Source: Candidatus Desulfovibrio intestinavium (GTDB lineage: Bacteria > Desulfobacterota > Desulfovibrionia > Desulfovibrionales > Desulfovibrionaceae). Taken from it: DNA of 64,000 nucleotides. Under the pieces are notes generated by a model that had not been told where the DNA came from, did not search any database, and saw nothing but the letters and a program-made list of their open reading frames with translations. The DNA is taken from contig DWZD01000051.1 in NCBI GenBank assembly GCA_019118345.1, positions 1,498 to 65,497 on the forward strand. Direction: 5' to 3'. Every line of letters begins with the position of its first letter. Position 1 is the stretch's first letter. This document shows positions 48,412 through 57,057 of this stretch, piece by piece. The translations under genes and the position numbers were made by a program.

Positions 48412-49227
48412 ATGAGTCAGGTACCCGTAGCCGTAGTGACCGGCGGCAGCCGCGGCATCGGCAAGGCCGTGGCCGATGAATGCATGAGCCTTGGTTTCCG
48501 TGTGGTGCTGGTGGCGCGCAGCGCGCGCAATCTGGAACAGGCCTGCCGGGAGTTGAGCGAAAAACACGCCCCGGATGCGGCCCACCAGCCCGACATGGTG
48601 TCCGTGGATGTGGCGGATGTGGCGGCCGTCAAGGCGGCGGCCGACGACATCATCCGTCGGCACGGTCATGTGGATCTTCTGTTCAATGCCGCCGGCATCA
48701 GCATTCCCGGCACCTTTGAACTGGATGCGGAAACCTTTACCCGCCTGTTTGAAATCAACCTCCGCGCGCCCTTCCTTTTTATGCAAGCCTTTCTGCCGCA
48801 CATGGCGGCGCAGGGCGGCGGGCGCGTGGTCAACGTGGCGTCGCGCAACGGCAAGGTGGCCGTGGCGGGACTGGGCGGCTATTCGGCCTCAAAATACGGT
48901 CTGGTGGGTCTGAGCGAATCCGCCTACCGGGCCTATGCGGCGCAGGGCATCAGCATCACGACCATCTGTCCCGGCTGGGTCAATACGGAGATGGCCGCCA
49001 ATGAAGGGCCGTCCCTCAGGCCCGAGGAAATGGTGCAGCCGGAAGATGTGGCCAAGACCCTGCGCTGGCTGCTGAGCATGAGTCCGTCCGTGCGGGTCAT
49101 GGAAGTCATGCTCGAATGCGCCAAGGATGTGGAACGCCGGGCCTCGGTGGAACTGGCCAAGCTGTATGCCCTCAAGCACCGGCATGAAGATGAATTCAGC
49201 ACCCTGGACGTACAGGCGGAATCATGA
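48412..49227 (+). CDS. Short-chain dehydrogenase/reductase (classical SDR)
   Basis: TGGSRGIGKAV cofactor motif, NAAG, and the catalytic S...YSASK tetrad region. 271 aa. GAGGAGGAAG RBS. Confidence 0.92.
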   Translation: MSQVPVAVVTGGSRGIGKAVADECMSLGFRVVLVARSARNLEQACRELSEKHAPDAAHQPDMVSVDVADVAAVKAAADDIIRRHGHVDLLFNAAGISIPGTFELDAETFTRLFEINLRAPFLFMQAFLPHMAAQGGGRVVNVASRNGKVAVAGLGGYSASKYGLVGLSESAYRAYAAQGISITTICPGWVNTEMAANEGPSLRPEEMVQPEDVAKTLRWLLSMSPSVRVMEVMLECAKDVERRASVELAKLYALKHRHEDEFSTLDVQAES

Positions 49228-50138
49228 AGGCCGTCATAGAGAATATTCAGCATTTCAGCCTGCATGACGGGCCGGGTACGCGAACCACGGTCTTTTTCAA
49301 GGGCTGTCCCCTCCGCTGCGCCTGGTGTTCCAATCCCACCACGCAGAATTTCGGGGTCGAACTCCTGCAAAAGGCGGACAAGTGCCTGCGCTGCGGCGCC
49401 TGCGCCGCGGTCTGCCCGCATCAGGCCGTGAGCATGGTTCCCGGCTCGCTGCCGCGCATCGACAGAAGCCGTTGCGTCAATTGCGGCCTGTGCACCGCCT
49501 CCTGTCCCGGCAAGGCGCTGGTCATGGCCGGGCAGGAATACACGCTGGAAAGCGTGGTGACCAATATTGCGGCCGATATGCTCTTTTACCGCAATTCCGG
49601 CGGCGGGGTCACCCTGTCCGGCGGCGAGGTGCTGGCCCAGAGCGACTTTGCCGTGGCGCTCTGCGAGGAATGTCACGCCCTCGGCATCCAGACGGCCGCA
49701 GAAACCTCGGGCTATGCGCCCTACGAGAATCTGCGCCGCCTGTCGTCGGTGACGGATATTCTGTTCATGGACATCAAGCATGCGGACAACGCCGAACACA
49801 AGCGGCTCACGGGCATGGACAATGCGCATATCCTCGACAATTTCGCCCGACTGCTCCGGGACAGGGTGGAGCCGGTTCATGTGCGGCTGCCGCTGATCCC
49901 GGGCTGCAACGACAGCGACGACCATCTGGCCGCCTATGCGGCGCTGCTGTCGGGCATGGAAGGGAATTTTGATCTGGAGGTGCTGCCCTATCACCGTCTC
50001 GGCAAGAACAAATACGACATGCTGGGCCGGGAGTATGCCCTCGGGGATACCCCTCCGCTTGAGGAAGAACGGGTCGCCCGGGCGGTGTCCCTGCTGCGCG
50101 AGGGCCTCGGGCGCATTCCCGTCCTGTGTACGGCCTGA
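49224..50138 (+). CDS. Glycyl-radical enzyme activating enzyme (radical SAM, with two auxiliary ferredoxin-type clusters)
   Basis: HDGPGTRTTVFFKGCPLRCAWCSNP (CX3CX2C), followed by CLRCGACAAVCP and CVNCGLCTASCP. The ATGA overlaps the SDR stop. 304 aa. Confidence 0.95.
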   Translation: MKAVIENIQHFSLHDGPGTRTTVFFKGCPLRCAWCSNPTTQNFGVELLQKADKCLRCGACAAVCPHQAVSMVPGSLPRIDRSRCVNCGLCTASCPGKALVMAGQEYTLESVVTNIAADMLFYRNSGGGVTLSGGEVLAQSDFAVALCEECHALGIQTAAETSGYAPYENLRRLSSVTDILFMDIKHADNAEHKRLTGMDNAHILDNFARLLRDRVEPVHVRLPLIPGCNDSDDHLAAYAALLSGMEGNFDLEVLPYHRLGKNKYDMLGREYALGDTPPLEEERVARAVSLLREGLGRIPVLCTA

Positions 50139-50188
50139 CCGCTGGAACGAACAAACCTGTCATGAGCAACGTTTCTGGAGGAACAATC

Positions 50189-52573
50189 ATGGCTCTTACC
50201 GAAGAGGCGCGTCTTGATCGCGTCATGAAGCTGAAGTCCCAGTTCTTTTCACATCGCCCCAGCGTCTGCATTGAAGGCGCGCTGTCCAAGACCGAGGTGT
50301 TCAAGGCGACCGAAAGCGAACCCATGATCATCCGCCGCGCCAAGGCCTTCAAGCGGCATTGCGAAACCAAGACCATCACCATCCAGCCCCATGAGCTTAT
50401 CGTGGGCAATGCGGGCGCAGTGGCCCGCAGCATCCATGTGAACCCGGAATTGTCCAACAACTGGTTCTATGACGAGCTGGACACCATGAGCACCCGGCCG
50501 CAGGATCCCTACCAGATCACCGAGGAGCAAAAGCGCCTGTACCGTGAGGTCGTCTATCCCTACTGGAAGGGCAAGACCCTGCGCGACTACTGGAATGCCC
50601 GCGCCCCCGAGGATGTGCGCGAACTGGTGGCCGTGGGCGGCGTGTGCGACAATGACGTGAAGATCGAATGCACGCCCGGCGACATGGTGCCGGCGTTTCA
50701 GCAGATCATTCTTCCGCTGGGCTTCGACGGCATCCGCCGGCAGGCGGAAGAACATCTGAAGGATCTGGACTTCAACCAGATCGAAAACTTCGCCCGCCGG
50801 GACTTCTGGCGTTCCGTCATCATCTGCTGCGAGGGCTTTTCCGCGCTCTGCGAGCGGCATGCCGACATGGCCCGCGCGCTTCAGGTGGGCGCCGACGAGC
50901 AGCGCCGCGAGGATCTGCGCCGCATCGAGGCGGCCTGCCGGGCCATTGCCCACAATCCGCCCAGCACCTTCCACGAGGCCGTGCAGCTGGTCTACTTCGT
51001 CTTTGTGGGCCTGTTCATCGAGGGCAATGCCGGCGGCTATTCGCCGGGCCTGCTCGACCAGTACCTGCTGCCCTATTATGAAAAGGCGCAGGCCGACGGC
51101 ATGAGCGACGAGGAGATTCTCGAGATCATCGAATGCTTCTATGTCAAGACCGGCGAACAAATCTGGTACTGGAACGAGCCGGCCGCCCGGCACTATTCGG
51201 GCTACTGCGCCTTCCAGAACATCGCCCTCGGCGGTCTGGACACCTACGGGCGGGATGCCGTCAATCCGCTGACCTATCTCATGCTTCAGGCGGGCATCGA
51301 CGTGCAGATGGTGCAGCCCTCGCTCTCCGTGCGCATCAGCAAGAAGAATCCCGAAGCCTTCTTCCTCAAGGTGGCCGAACTGGTGCAGACCGGCTCCGGC
51401 TTCCCGGCGGTGTTCAGTGATGACGTGGGCTACAAGATGCTGCTCAAGAAGGGCATCCCCGCCCACCTTGCCCGCGACTGGGCGCCCATCGGCTGCGTGG
51501 AAGCCCAGCTGGCCGGGCGGCACTATCAGTGGAGTTCCGCGGGCCATTACAATCTGGGCAGCGCCGTGGAATTTGCCATGACCAACGGCATCCACCTGCA
51601 AAGCGGCAAGAGGCTTGGCATCGAAACCGGCGATCCGGCCACCTTCACGACCTTCGAGCAGTTCAAGGAAGCGCTCTTTGCCCAGCTGCGCCACCTGCTG
51701 CATCAGTTCTCCGTATCGCAGAATACGCTGGAAGAACTGCATTATCAGTATCTGCCCAATCCCGTGGCCTCCATGTTCACCGCCGGCTGCATGGAAAAGG
51801 GCCTTGACCTCACCCACGGCGGCGCGGAATTCAATACCGGCCCCGGCATGAACGGCAACGGCGTGGGCGACTTCGTGGATTCCCTGGCTGCGGTCAAGAA
51901 GATCATCTTTGACGAAAAGCGCTTCAGCATGGCCGATCTGGCCGCGGCCATCAAGGCCGACTTCAAGGGCTATGAGGCCCTGCAACGCGCCCTTGAGGAA
52001 GATGCGCCCAAGTGGGGCAACAATGACCCTGAAGCCGACGAGGCCATGATCGCCATGTGCGACGTGATCATCCGCGAAATCGACACCTATCGCGGCAAGC
52101 TCGGCAATCACAAGCTGCCCGCGCTCTATCCCGTGTCCTCCAACGTGCCGCAGGGCATGGCCGTGGCGGCCCTGCCGTCGGGCCGCAATGCGGGCAAGCC
52201 GCTGGCCGACGGCTGCTCGCCCTCGCAGGGCCGCGACCGCCTTGGCCCCACCGCCATTTTGCAATCGCTCGGCAAGCTGCCCCACGAAAGCATTGACGGC
52301 GGCACCCTGCTGAACATCAAGTTCACGCCGCAGGTCATTCAGGGCAAGGAGGGCCGTGCCCGCATTTCGGCCTTCCTCAAGACCTTCCTTGACCTTGATG
52401 TGTTCCATGTGCAGTTTAACGTGGTCAGCCACGAAATCCTGCGCTGCGCCCAGAAGAATCCTGAGGAGTACAAGAGTCTGCTGGTGCGTGTGGCGGGCTA
52501 CAGCGCTTACTTTGTGGAGCTGAGCAAGGAAATTCAGGAAGACATCCTGAGCCGCACGGCGCACGAACTCTAA
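50189..52573 (+). CDS. Glycyl radical enzyme of the 1,2-eliminase (dehydratase/lyase) type, substrate unknown
   Basis: 794 aa from the ATG 50189 (GGAGGA RBS). The Cys loop is WAPIGCVEAQLAG (Cys436/Glu438 by my count; TGC at 51494). The glycyl radical motif is LLVRVAGYSAYFVEL (Gly770; GGC at 52496). The conserved LGIETGDP segment is present. There is no CC dyad, so this is not a pyruvate formate-lyase. Confidence 0.93.
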   Translation: MALTEEARLDRVMKLKSQFFSHRPSVCIEGALSKTEVFKATESEPMIIRRAKAFKRHCETKTITIQPHELIVGNAGAVARSIHVNPELSNNWFYDELDTMSTRPQDPYQITEEQKRLYREVVYPYWKGKTLRDYWNARAPEDVRELVAVGGVCDNDVKIECTPGDMVPAFQQIILPLGFDGIRRQAEEHLKDLDFNQIENFARRDFWRSVIICCEGFSALCERHADMARALQVGADEQRREDLRRIEAACRAIAHNPPSTFHEAVQLVYFVFVGLFIEGNAGGYSPGLLDQYLLPYYEKAQADGMSDEEILEIIECFYVKTGEQIWYWNEPAARHYSGYCAFQNIALGGLDTYGRDAVNPLTYLMLQAGIDVQMVQPSLSVRISKKNPEAFFLKVAELVQTGSGFPAVFSDDVGYKMLLKKGIPAHLARDWAPIGCVEAQLAGRHYQWSSAGHYNLGSAVEFAMTNGIHLQSGKRLGIETGDPATFTTFEQFKEALFAQLRHLLHQFSVSQNTLEELHYQYLPNPVASMFTAGCMEKGLDLTHGGAEFNTGPGMNGNGVGDFVDSLAAVKKIIFDEKRFSMADLAAAIKADFKGYEALQRALEEDAPKWGNNDPEADEAMIAMCDVIIREIDTYRGKLGNHKLPALYPVSSNVPQGMAVAALPSGRNAGKPLADGCSPSQGRDRLGPTAILQSLGKLPHESIDGGTLLNIKFTPQVIQGKEGRARISAFLKTFLDLDVFHVQFNVVSHEILRCAQKNPEEYKSLLVRVAGYSAYFVELSKEIQEDILSRTAHEL

Positions 52574-52580
52574 TGTATGC

Positions 52581-52604
52581 GGGCCGGGGCCTGTGCCCCG
52601 GCCC
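52581..52604 (+). other. Intercistronic perfect stem-loop between the GRE and binding-protein genes
   Basis: GGGCCGGGGC-ctgt-GCCCCGGCCC begins 8 nt after the GRE stop. No T-run follows, and the RBS GGAGG of the next gene follows at 52612. Confidence 0.6.
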
Positions 52605-52625
52605 CTGATCCCGGAGGCATGAACC

Positions 52626-53675
52626 ATGAAGCAAGTTTTTTTCTGGGCAGTGCTCTGCCTGCTGCTCGCCACGACGGCGCAGGCTGCCCCTGTAACGGTG
52701 AAAAGCGCCTGGCTTGACGAGTACGAGGCCCTGCCCGCCTGGTATGCCCATGAGCGGCAATGGGATGCGGAGGCGGGGATCAGCCTTGACATGCGCATCT
52801 ATCCTTCGGGCAAATTTCTCATGGACAACATGAGCAGCATCAAATGGGACGTGGCCGGTCTGGGCGGCGCGCCGGCCGTGCCGGGCATGCTGCGCAAGCA
52901 GGCCATTGTGGTGGGCATCGGTTCTGACGAGGCCGCTGCCAATGCCGTGTATGTGCGTCCTGACAGTCCGCTGCTGACGGCTTTTCAGCAAAAGCTGTCC
53001 GCCCGCGATTACGCCCGGCTGGTGACGGGCAAGGTGGTGCTCTGCCCGCGCGGCACGAGCGCGCACCAGCTGCTTCTGCTCTGGCTGGATCGCATGGGCC
53101 TCAGCGAGGAAAGCATCTCGCTCATGGATACGCCCCCCGCCGAAAGCGTGGGCAATCTCAGCGGCGGGGTGGGGGATATGGCCGTGCTCTGGTCGCCCGA
53201 GACCTGGGCCGCCGAGCAGGCCGGACTGAAAGCCCTGCTGACCGGCAAGGATCTCGGCCTCGTCCAGCCGACCCTGCTCATGGCCCGCTGCGACTATGCG
53301 GAAAAGAATCCCGACGGCGTCCGGGCCTTTCTGGCCTGCTATCTGCGGGCCGTCGAGGCCCTGCGGGCCATGCCCGCCGAGGAACTGGGCGCGCTGTACC
53401 GGCAGTTCCAGAAGGAATTTTGCGGCAAGGACATCAGCGCGGAACAGGCCGCGCGGGACGTGGCGAGCCATACGCTGTACCCCCTTGACCGACAGCGGGA
53501 GGTGCTTGCCTCGGAAGGGGAGCTGTTGACGTGGCTGGGGGATGTCATCGCCTTCCATGAGCGTACCGGCGAGCTCAGCCGGGGCCAGACGCGCGCCATC
53601 AGGGAACTGTCGCTGGTGCGGGCGGATTTTCTGCCCGCGTCTCTGCCCGAATCGCATGCCTCTGACGGGCAGTGA
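52626..53675 (+). CDS. Periplasmic substrate-binding protein of the NitT/TauT (SsuA/TauA/NMT1) ABC family; no cognate permease or ATPase nearby
   Basis: Signal peptide MKQVFFWAVLCLLLATTAQAA. The 349-aa protein has SsuA/TauA-like architecture (...IYPSGKFLMDNM.. WDVAGLGGAPAV ... VVLCPRGTSAHQLLLLWLDRMGL ... GDMAVLWSPE...). The family call rests on overall resemblance only. Confidence 0.7.
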   Translation: MKQVFFWAVLCLLLATTAQAAPVTVKSAWLDEYEALPAWYAHERQWDAEAGISLDMRIYPSGKFLMDNMSSIKWDVAGLGGAPAVPGMLRKQAIVVGIGSDEAAANAVYVRPDSPLLTAFQQKLSARDYARLVTGKVVLCPRGTSAHQLLLLWLDRMGLSEESISLMDTPPAESVGNLSGGVGDMAVLWSPETWAAEQAGLKALLTGKDLGLVQPTLLMARCDYAEKNPDGVRAFLACYLRAVEALRAMPAEELGALYRQFQKEFCGKDISAEQAARDVASHTLYPLDRQREVLASEGELLTWLGDVIAFHERTGELSRGQTRAIRELSLVRADFLPASLPESHASDGQ

Positions 53676-53761
53676 AAGCGGGCAGGCGGCCGTCGCGGCC
53701 TTTTGCCAAGCATTGATCTGAAACGCCGCCCGTAGTGCGCGGCAGGGAGAACGCTGATGCG

Positions 53762-53800
53762 GGGGAGCGGCTTTTTTGCCGTTCCCCCGTTCTGTTTGCG
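53762..53800 (+). terminator. Possible terminator of the GRE operon
   Basis: GGGGGAGCGGC-tttttt-GCCGTTCCCCC followed by GTTCTGTTTG. Confidence 0.4.
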
Positions 53801-53846
53801 TCTTCTGCCGGGGAGGCGGCAGGGGGAGATCGCGGCGGTATTATTG

Positions 53847-53891
53847 AGAAAGAAATGCAATTGTAATTTTTTTCACAATTTTTTTCTTTCT
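53847..53891. promoter_or_regulatory. 45-bp imperfect palindrome in an AT-rich spacer just upstream of the TRAP promoter (candidate regulator site)
   Basis: The outer arms are AGAAAGAAA (53847-53855) and TTTCTTTCT (53883-53891). The inner arms are AATTGTAA and TCACAATT, centred on a T7 run. It ends 13 bp before the -35 hexamer. Confidence 0.45.
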
Positions 53892-53904
53892 GCCCATAAA
53901 AGCC

Positions 53905-53933
53905 TTGACTCGTGAAAATCCCTTCTCTAAAAT
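53905..53933 (+). promoter_or_regulatory. Near-consensus sigma70 promoter for the TRAP operon
   Basis: TTGACT (53905-53910), 17-bp spacer, TAAAAT (53928-53933). It would give a ~130-nt AT-rich leader before dctP. Confidence 0.55.
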
Positions 53934-54070
53934 TTAAATTACATAAAACAAGTTTTATTAAATAGAACAAAGTGAGGGGGGGGGTGAAAAAAATTTTCAT
54001 TATTTCACTTGGGTAAGGTTCATATCTCCCGGAACTGGCCGGGGAAACAGGAAAATCAAAGGAGTGTCCC

Positions 54071-55096
54071 ATGAAGCTGTTGCAAACCATGATATGCACG
54101 CTTGCCGTGTGTGCCCTTGTTCTTGGCGGTCTGAGCGAATCGGTCAAGGCCGAACCCAAGGAAATCAAGCTGCTCTTCCCCGAACCCTTCAGCGCGGCCT
54201 CCTCCTATGCCGAAGGGCAGGCCGTGGGCATCTATTACGGCGCTCTGGACTTTTACATGCAGAACCATCCCGCCCTGCGTGGCAAGTTCAAGATGCGCTG
54301 GGTGGGCGACGTGGTGAAGTCCCCGGCCGACGCCCTCAATGCCGTGGCCACCGGGGCCGGGCAGATTACCTACACCCTGCCGCAGTTCATCGAACAGTTT
54401 GACCCCGATTGGCGCATCATCACCACGCCCGGCATGTTTGTGGACATGGCCCACTTCCTGCGCGCCATGAGTACGCCGGAATGGAAGGCCAAGCAGGAAA
54501 TGCTGGAAAAGAACTGCGGCTTCAAGATTCTCAAGTGGACGAACTCCATCGGGCACTTCTACCTCTGGACCAAGACCGGCCCGGCCGACACCCTCAAGGC
54601 CCTGCGCAACCAGAAGATCCGCTATGCCGGCCAGCAGTCCTATGCCGTGGCCTTCAACAAGCTGGGCCTCGTGGGCGTGGCGCTGCCCTATACCGAAGTG
54701 GTTTCCGCTCTGCAGACCAACATGATCGAAGGGCTGACCAACGACATTTTCGGCTACACCTATTACGATCTGCCGCGCCAGACCAAGTACATGCTGCCGG
54801 TTCCCTTCGGCTTCGGGCCGCAGGCGCTGGTGGTGAACGCGGAATGGTGGAACAACCTGCCCAAGGAGCAGCGCGACGCCATCAACTTCGTGGTGCAGTG
54901 CACGGACGTGCACCAGTACTTTGAAGCCGAGGAAAAGCGCATCCTCAAGTGGTGGGATGAAAACCCCGGCACCGAGCTGGTCAAGCTGACGCCTGAAGCG
55001 CGCGCCGAATGGGATGCCGCGCTGGCTGAAGCCGCCGCGGAATTCACCAAGGACGCCGATCCGGCCTTGCTCAAGGCCATTCGCGACAACAAGTAA
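54071..55096 (+). CDS. TRAP transporter substrate-binding protein (DctP family, divergent)
   Basis: Signal peptide MKLLQTMICTLAVCALVLGGLSESVKA. The 341-aa protein has DctP-like organisation, immediately followed by dctQ/dctM homologues. AAAGGAG RBS. Confidence 0.8.
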   Translation: MKLLQTMICTLAVCALVLGGLSESVKAEPKEIKLLFPEPFSAASSYAEGQAVGIYYGALDFYMQNHPALRGKFKMRWVGDVVKSPADALNAVATGAGQITYTLPQFIEQFDPDWRIITTPGMFVDMAHFLRAMSTPEWKAKQEMLEKNCGFKILKWTNSIGHFYLWTKTGPADTLKALRNQKIRYAGQQSYAVAFNKLGLVGVALPYTEVVSALQTNMIEGLTNDIFGYTYYDLPRQTKYMLPVPFGFGPQALVVNAEWWNNLPKEQRDAINFVVQCTDVHQYFEAEEKRILKWWDENPGTELVKLTPEARAEWDAALAEAAAEFTKDADPALLKAIRDNK

Positions 55097-55151
55097 GGAA
55101 TAACGGGGCCGGAGCCTCGGCTCCGGCCCGGCCGCAAGCCAGGGAGGCCGC

Positions 55152-55664
55152 ATGTCCGACCACACGACGACCCGTTACGAGCGCATCAAGCAGCGCTGGA
55201 TGGAATTCTGGGGACTGGTGTTTTTTCTGGGAGTGCTCATCAACTTTGCCGAAATCATCTGCCGCACCGTCTTTCATTTTTCCATTGACCTCATGTACGA
55301 CCTGCCCATCTGGCTGACCATCTGGGCGGTCATGATGCTGGCCGGCCCCATTCTGCTGGATGGGGAGCATGTTTCCGTGGATATGGTGCGCGACGCCGTG
55401 CACGGCAAGCCGCGCAAGTGCATCGAAATCATCAACTGTCTGGCGACCATTGCCTTCGGCGCGGTGGTGACCTGGAGCGGCTATATTTTCATTAGCCAGT
55501 GCTACCGCTTCAACATGAAGATTATCCGTTGCATCCCCGTCCCCCGCTGGATGGTGGAAATCTGCATTCCGCTGGGCATGGCCGTGTTCACCCTGTATGC
55601 CCTCATTCAGCTTGGCCGCGTGCTGCGCACCAATTACGACAAGAAGCCCGAAAACGGCGACTAG
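55152..55664 (+). CDS. TRAP transporter small permease (DctQ family)
   Basis: 170 aa with four TM helices, positioned between the DctP-like and DctM genes. GGGAGG RBS. Confidence 0.85.
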   Translation: MSDHTTTRYERIKQRWMEFWGLVFFLGVLINFAEIICRTVFHFSIDLMYDLPIWLTIWAVMMLAGPILLDGEHVSVDMVRDAVHGKPRKCIEIINCLATIAFGAVVTWSGYIFISQCYRFNMKIIRCIPVPRWMVEICIPLGMAVFTLYALIQLGRVLRTNYDKKPENGD

Positions 55665-55699
55665 ATTCTCACGCCTGTCGCATTGAACAAGGAGACGGC

Positions 55700-56983
55700 A
55701 TGGACACCACCACAATCCTTTCCCTGGCGTTGATCGTCCTCTTTTTCCTCATCGGCACGCCGCTGAGCGTCACCTTCAGTATCGGTTCCATCATCATCAT
55801 GATCCATACGATGGGCTTTCCCGTCGGCAATATTTCCCAGATTTTTTATACGACCATCAGCGGCTATCCCCTGCTGGCCATGCCGTTCTTCATCTTTGCG
55901 GGCAATGCCATCCTGTCCAGCGGCGGCATGGGCCATTTGCGCGACTTCATGAACCGTCTGGTCGGTCATCTGCCCGGCGGCATGGCCGTGGCCATCTGCA
56001 TCTTTGCCGCCTTTCTCGGTTCCATTTCCGGCTCCGCCACGGCCTGTCTGGCCATCATCGGCACCATCTTCGTGCCCATGCTGGCGGAATCCGGCTATTC
56101 CCGGGCCTTCGCATCCGGGCTGGCCGTGACCTCGGCCGGGCTGGGCGCGGTCATTCCGCCCAGCGTCTTCATGATCATTTTCGGCGCGAGCAATCGCATT
56201 TCCATTGCCGACCTGTTTGCCGCGGGCGTGGGGCCAGGCCTGCTGGCCGCCCTGCTCATGTGCGTGCTGACGGTGATCATCTCCCTGCGTCGCGGCTACT
56301 ACGGGGGAAAGAAGGCCAGCACGGCCGAACGGCTGGATGCCTTCCGCAAGGCCCTGCCCATTCTGCTCATGCCCATCATCGTGCTGGGCGGCATTTATTC
56401 CGGCATTTTCAGCCCCACGCAGGCGGCCTCGGTGGCCTGCGTCTATTCGCTCCTGCTCGGGGTGTTCATCTACAAGGGCATAACCTGGCGCGTCTTTCTC
56501 AATATGCTGGTGGAAACGGTGCGCCTGAGCAGCATGATTTATTTCCTCGTCATCGGCGGCGAACTGTTCGGGCGCGTGCTCGGCTATGTGGGCCTGCCGC
56601 AGATGATCAGCCAATGGGTCATCAACATGCACCTTGGCCCCACCTCCTTCCTCTTTGCGGTACAGGCGCTTCTGCTGGTCATGGGCTTTTTCTTCTCCTC
56701 CTTCCCGATGGTGGTCATCGTGCTGCCGCTCTTTTTGCCCAGCGTCATGGCGCTCGGCATTGACCCGGCCCTCTATGGCGCGCTGGCCGTGTTCTGCGCC
56801 ATCATCGGCGAAGTGACGCCGCCCATGGGGCCGCAGCTCTGGATCGCCGCGCCCATCTGCAAGGAGAAGATCGGCAACATCATGCGGGAATCCTGGGCCT
56901 TCCTCGGCGTGCAGGTGCTCACCCTGGGCATTGTCACCGTTTTTCCGCAGATTTCGCTGTTCCTCGTCAACCTCATGCGCTGA
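55700..56983 (+). CDS. TRAP transporter large permease (DctM family)
   Basis: 427 aa. MDTTTILSLALIVLFFLIGTPLSVTF..., ~12 TM helices, with typical DctM segments (GGMGHLRDFMNRLVGHLPGGMAVA, SGSATA, IPPS). AAGGAGA RBS. The ORF-track start at 55499 overlaps dctQ and is rejected. Confidence 0.92.
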   Translation: MDTTTILSLALIVLFFLIGTPLSVTFSIGSIIIMIHTMGFPVGNISQIFYTTISGYPLLAMPFFIFAGNAILSSGGMGHLRDFMNRLVGHLPGGMAVAICIFAAFLGSISGSATACLAIIGTIFVPMLAESGYSRAFASGLAVTSAGLGAVIPPSVFMIIFGASNRISIADLFAAGVGPGLLAALLMCVLTVIISLRRGYYGGKKASTAERLDAFRKALPILLMPIIVLGGIYSGIFSPTQAASVACVYSLLLGVFIYKGITWRVFLNMLVETVRLSSMIYFLVIGGELFGRVLGYVGLPQMISQWVINMHLGPTSFLFAVQALLLVMGFFFSSFPMVVIVLPLFLPSVMALGIDPALYGALAVFCAIIGEVTPPMGPQLWIAAPICKEKIGNIMRESWAFLGVQVLTLGIVTVFPQISLFLVNLMR

Positions 56984-57057
56984 CACGGCAGGCAGGCGCG
57001 GCTTGCGGGCCGCGTCGGCTGATGACGAGCATTCATTGACCCGGAAGGAGGAAGAAG

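Noticed and set aside
53846-54000. Small ORFs in the AT-rich spacer between the two GRE-island operons, for example ATGCGGGGGAGC... from 53758.
   Set aside because: They have no RBS and their composition switches from GC-rich to AT-rich within the frame. They overlap the terminator hairpin and the promoter hexamers, so this is more parsimoniously regulatory DNA.
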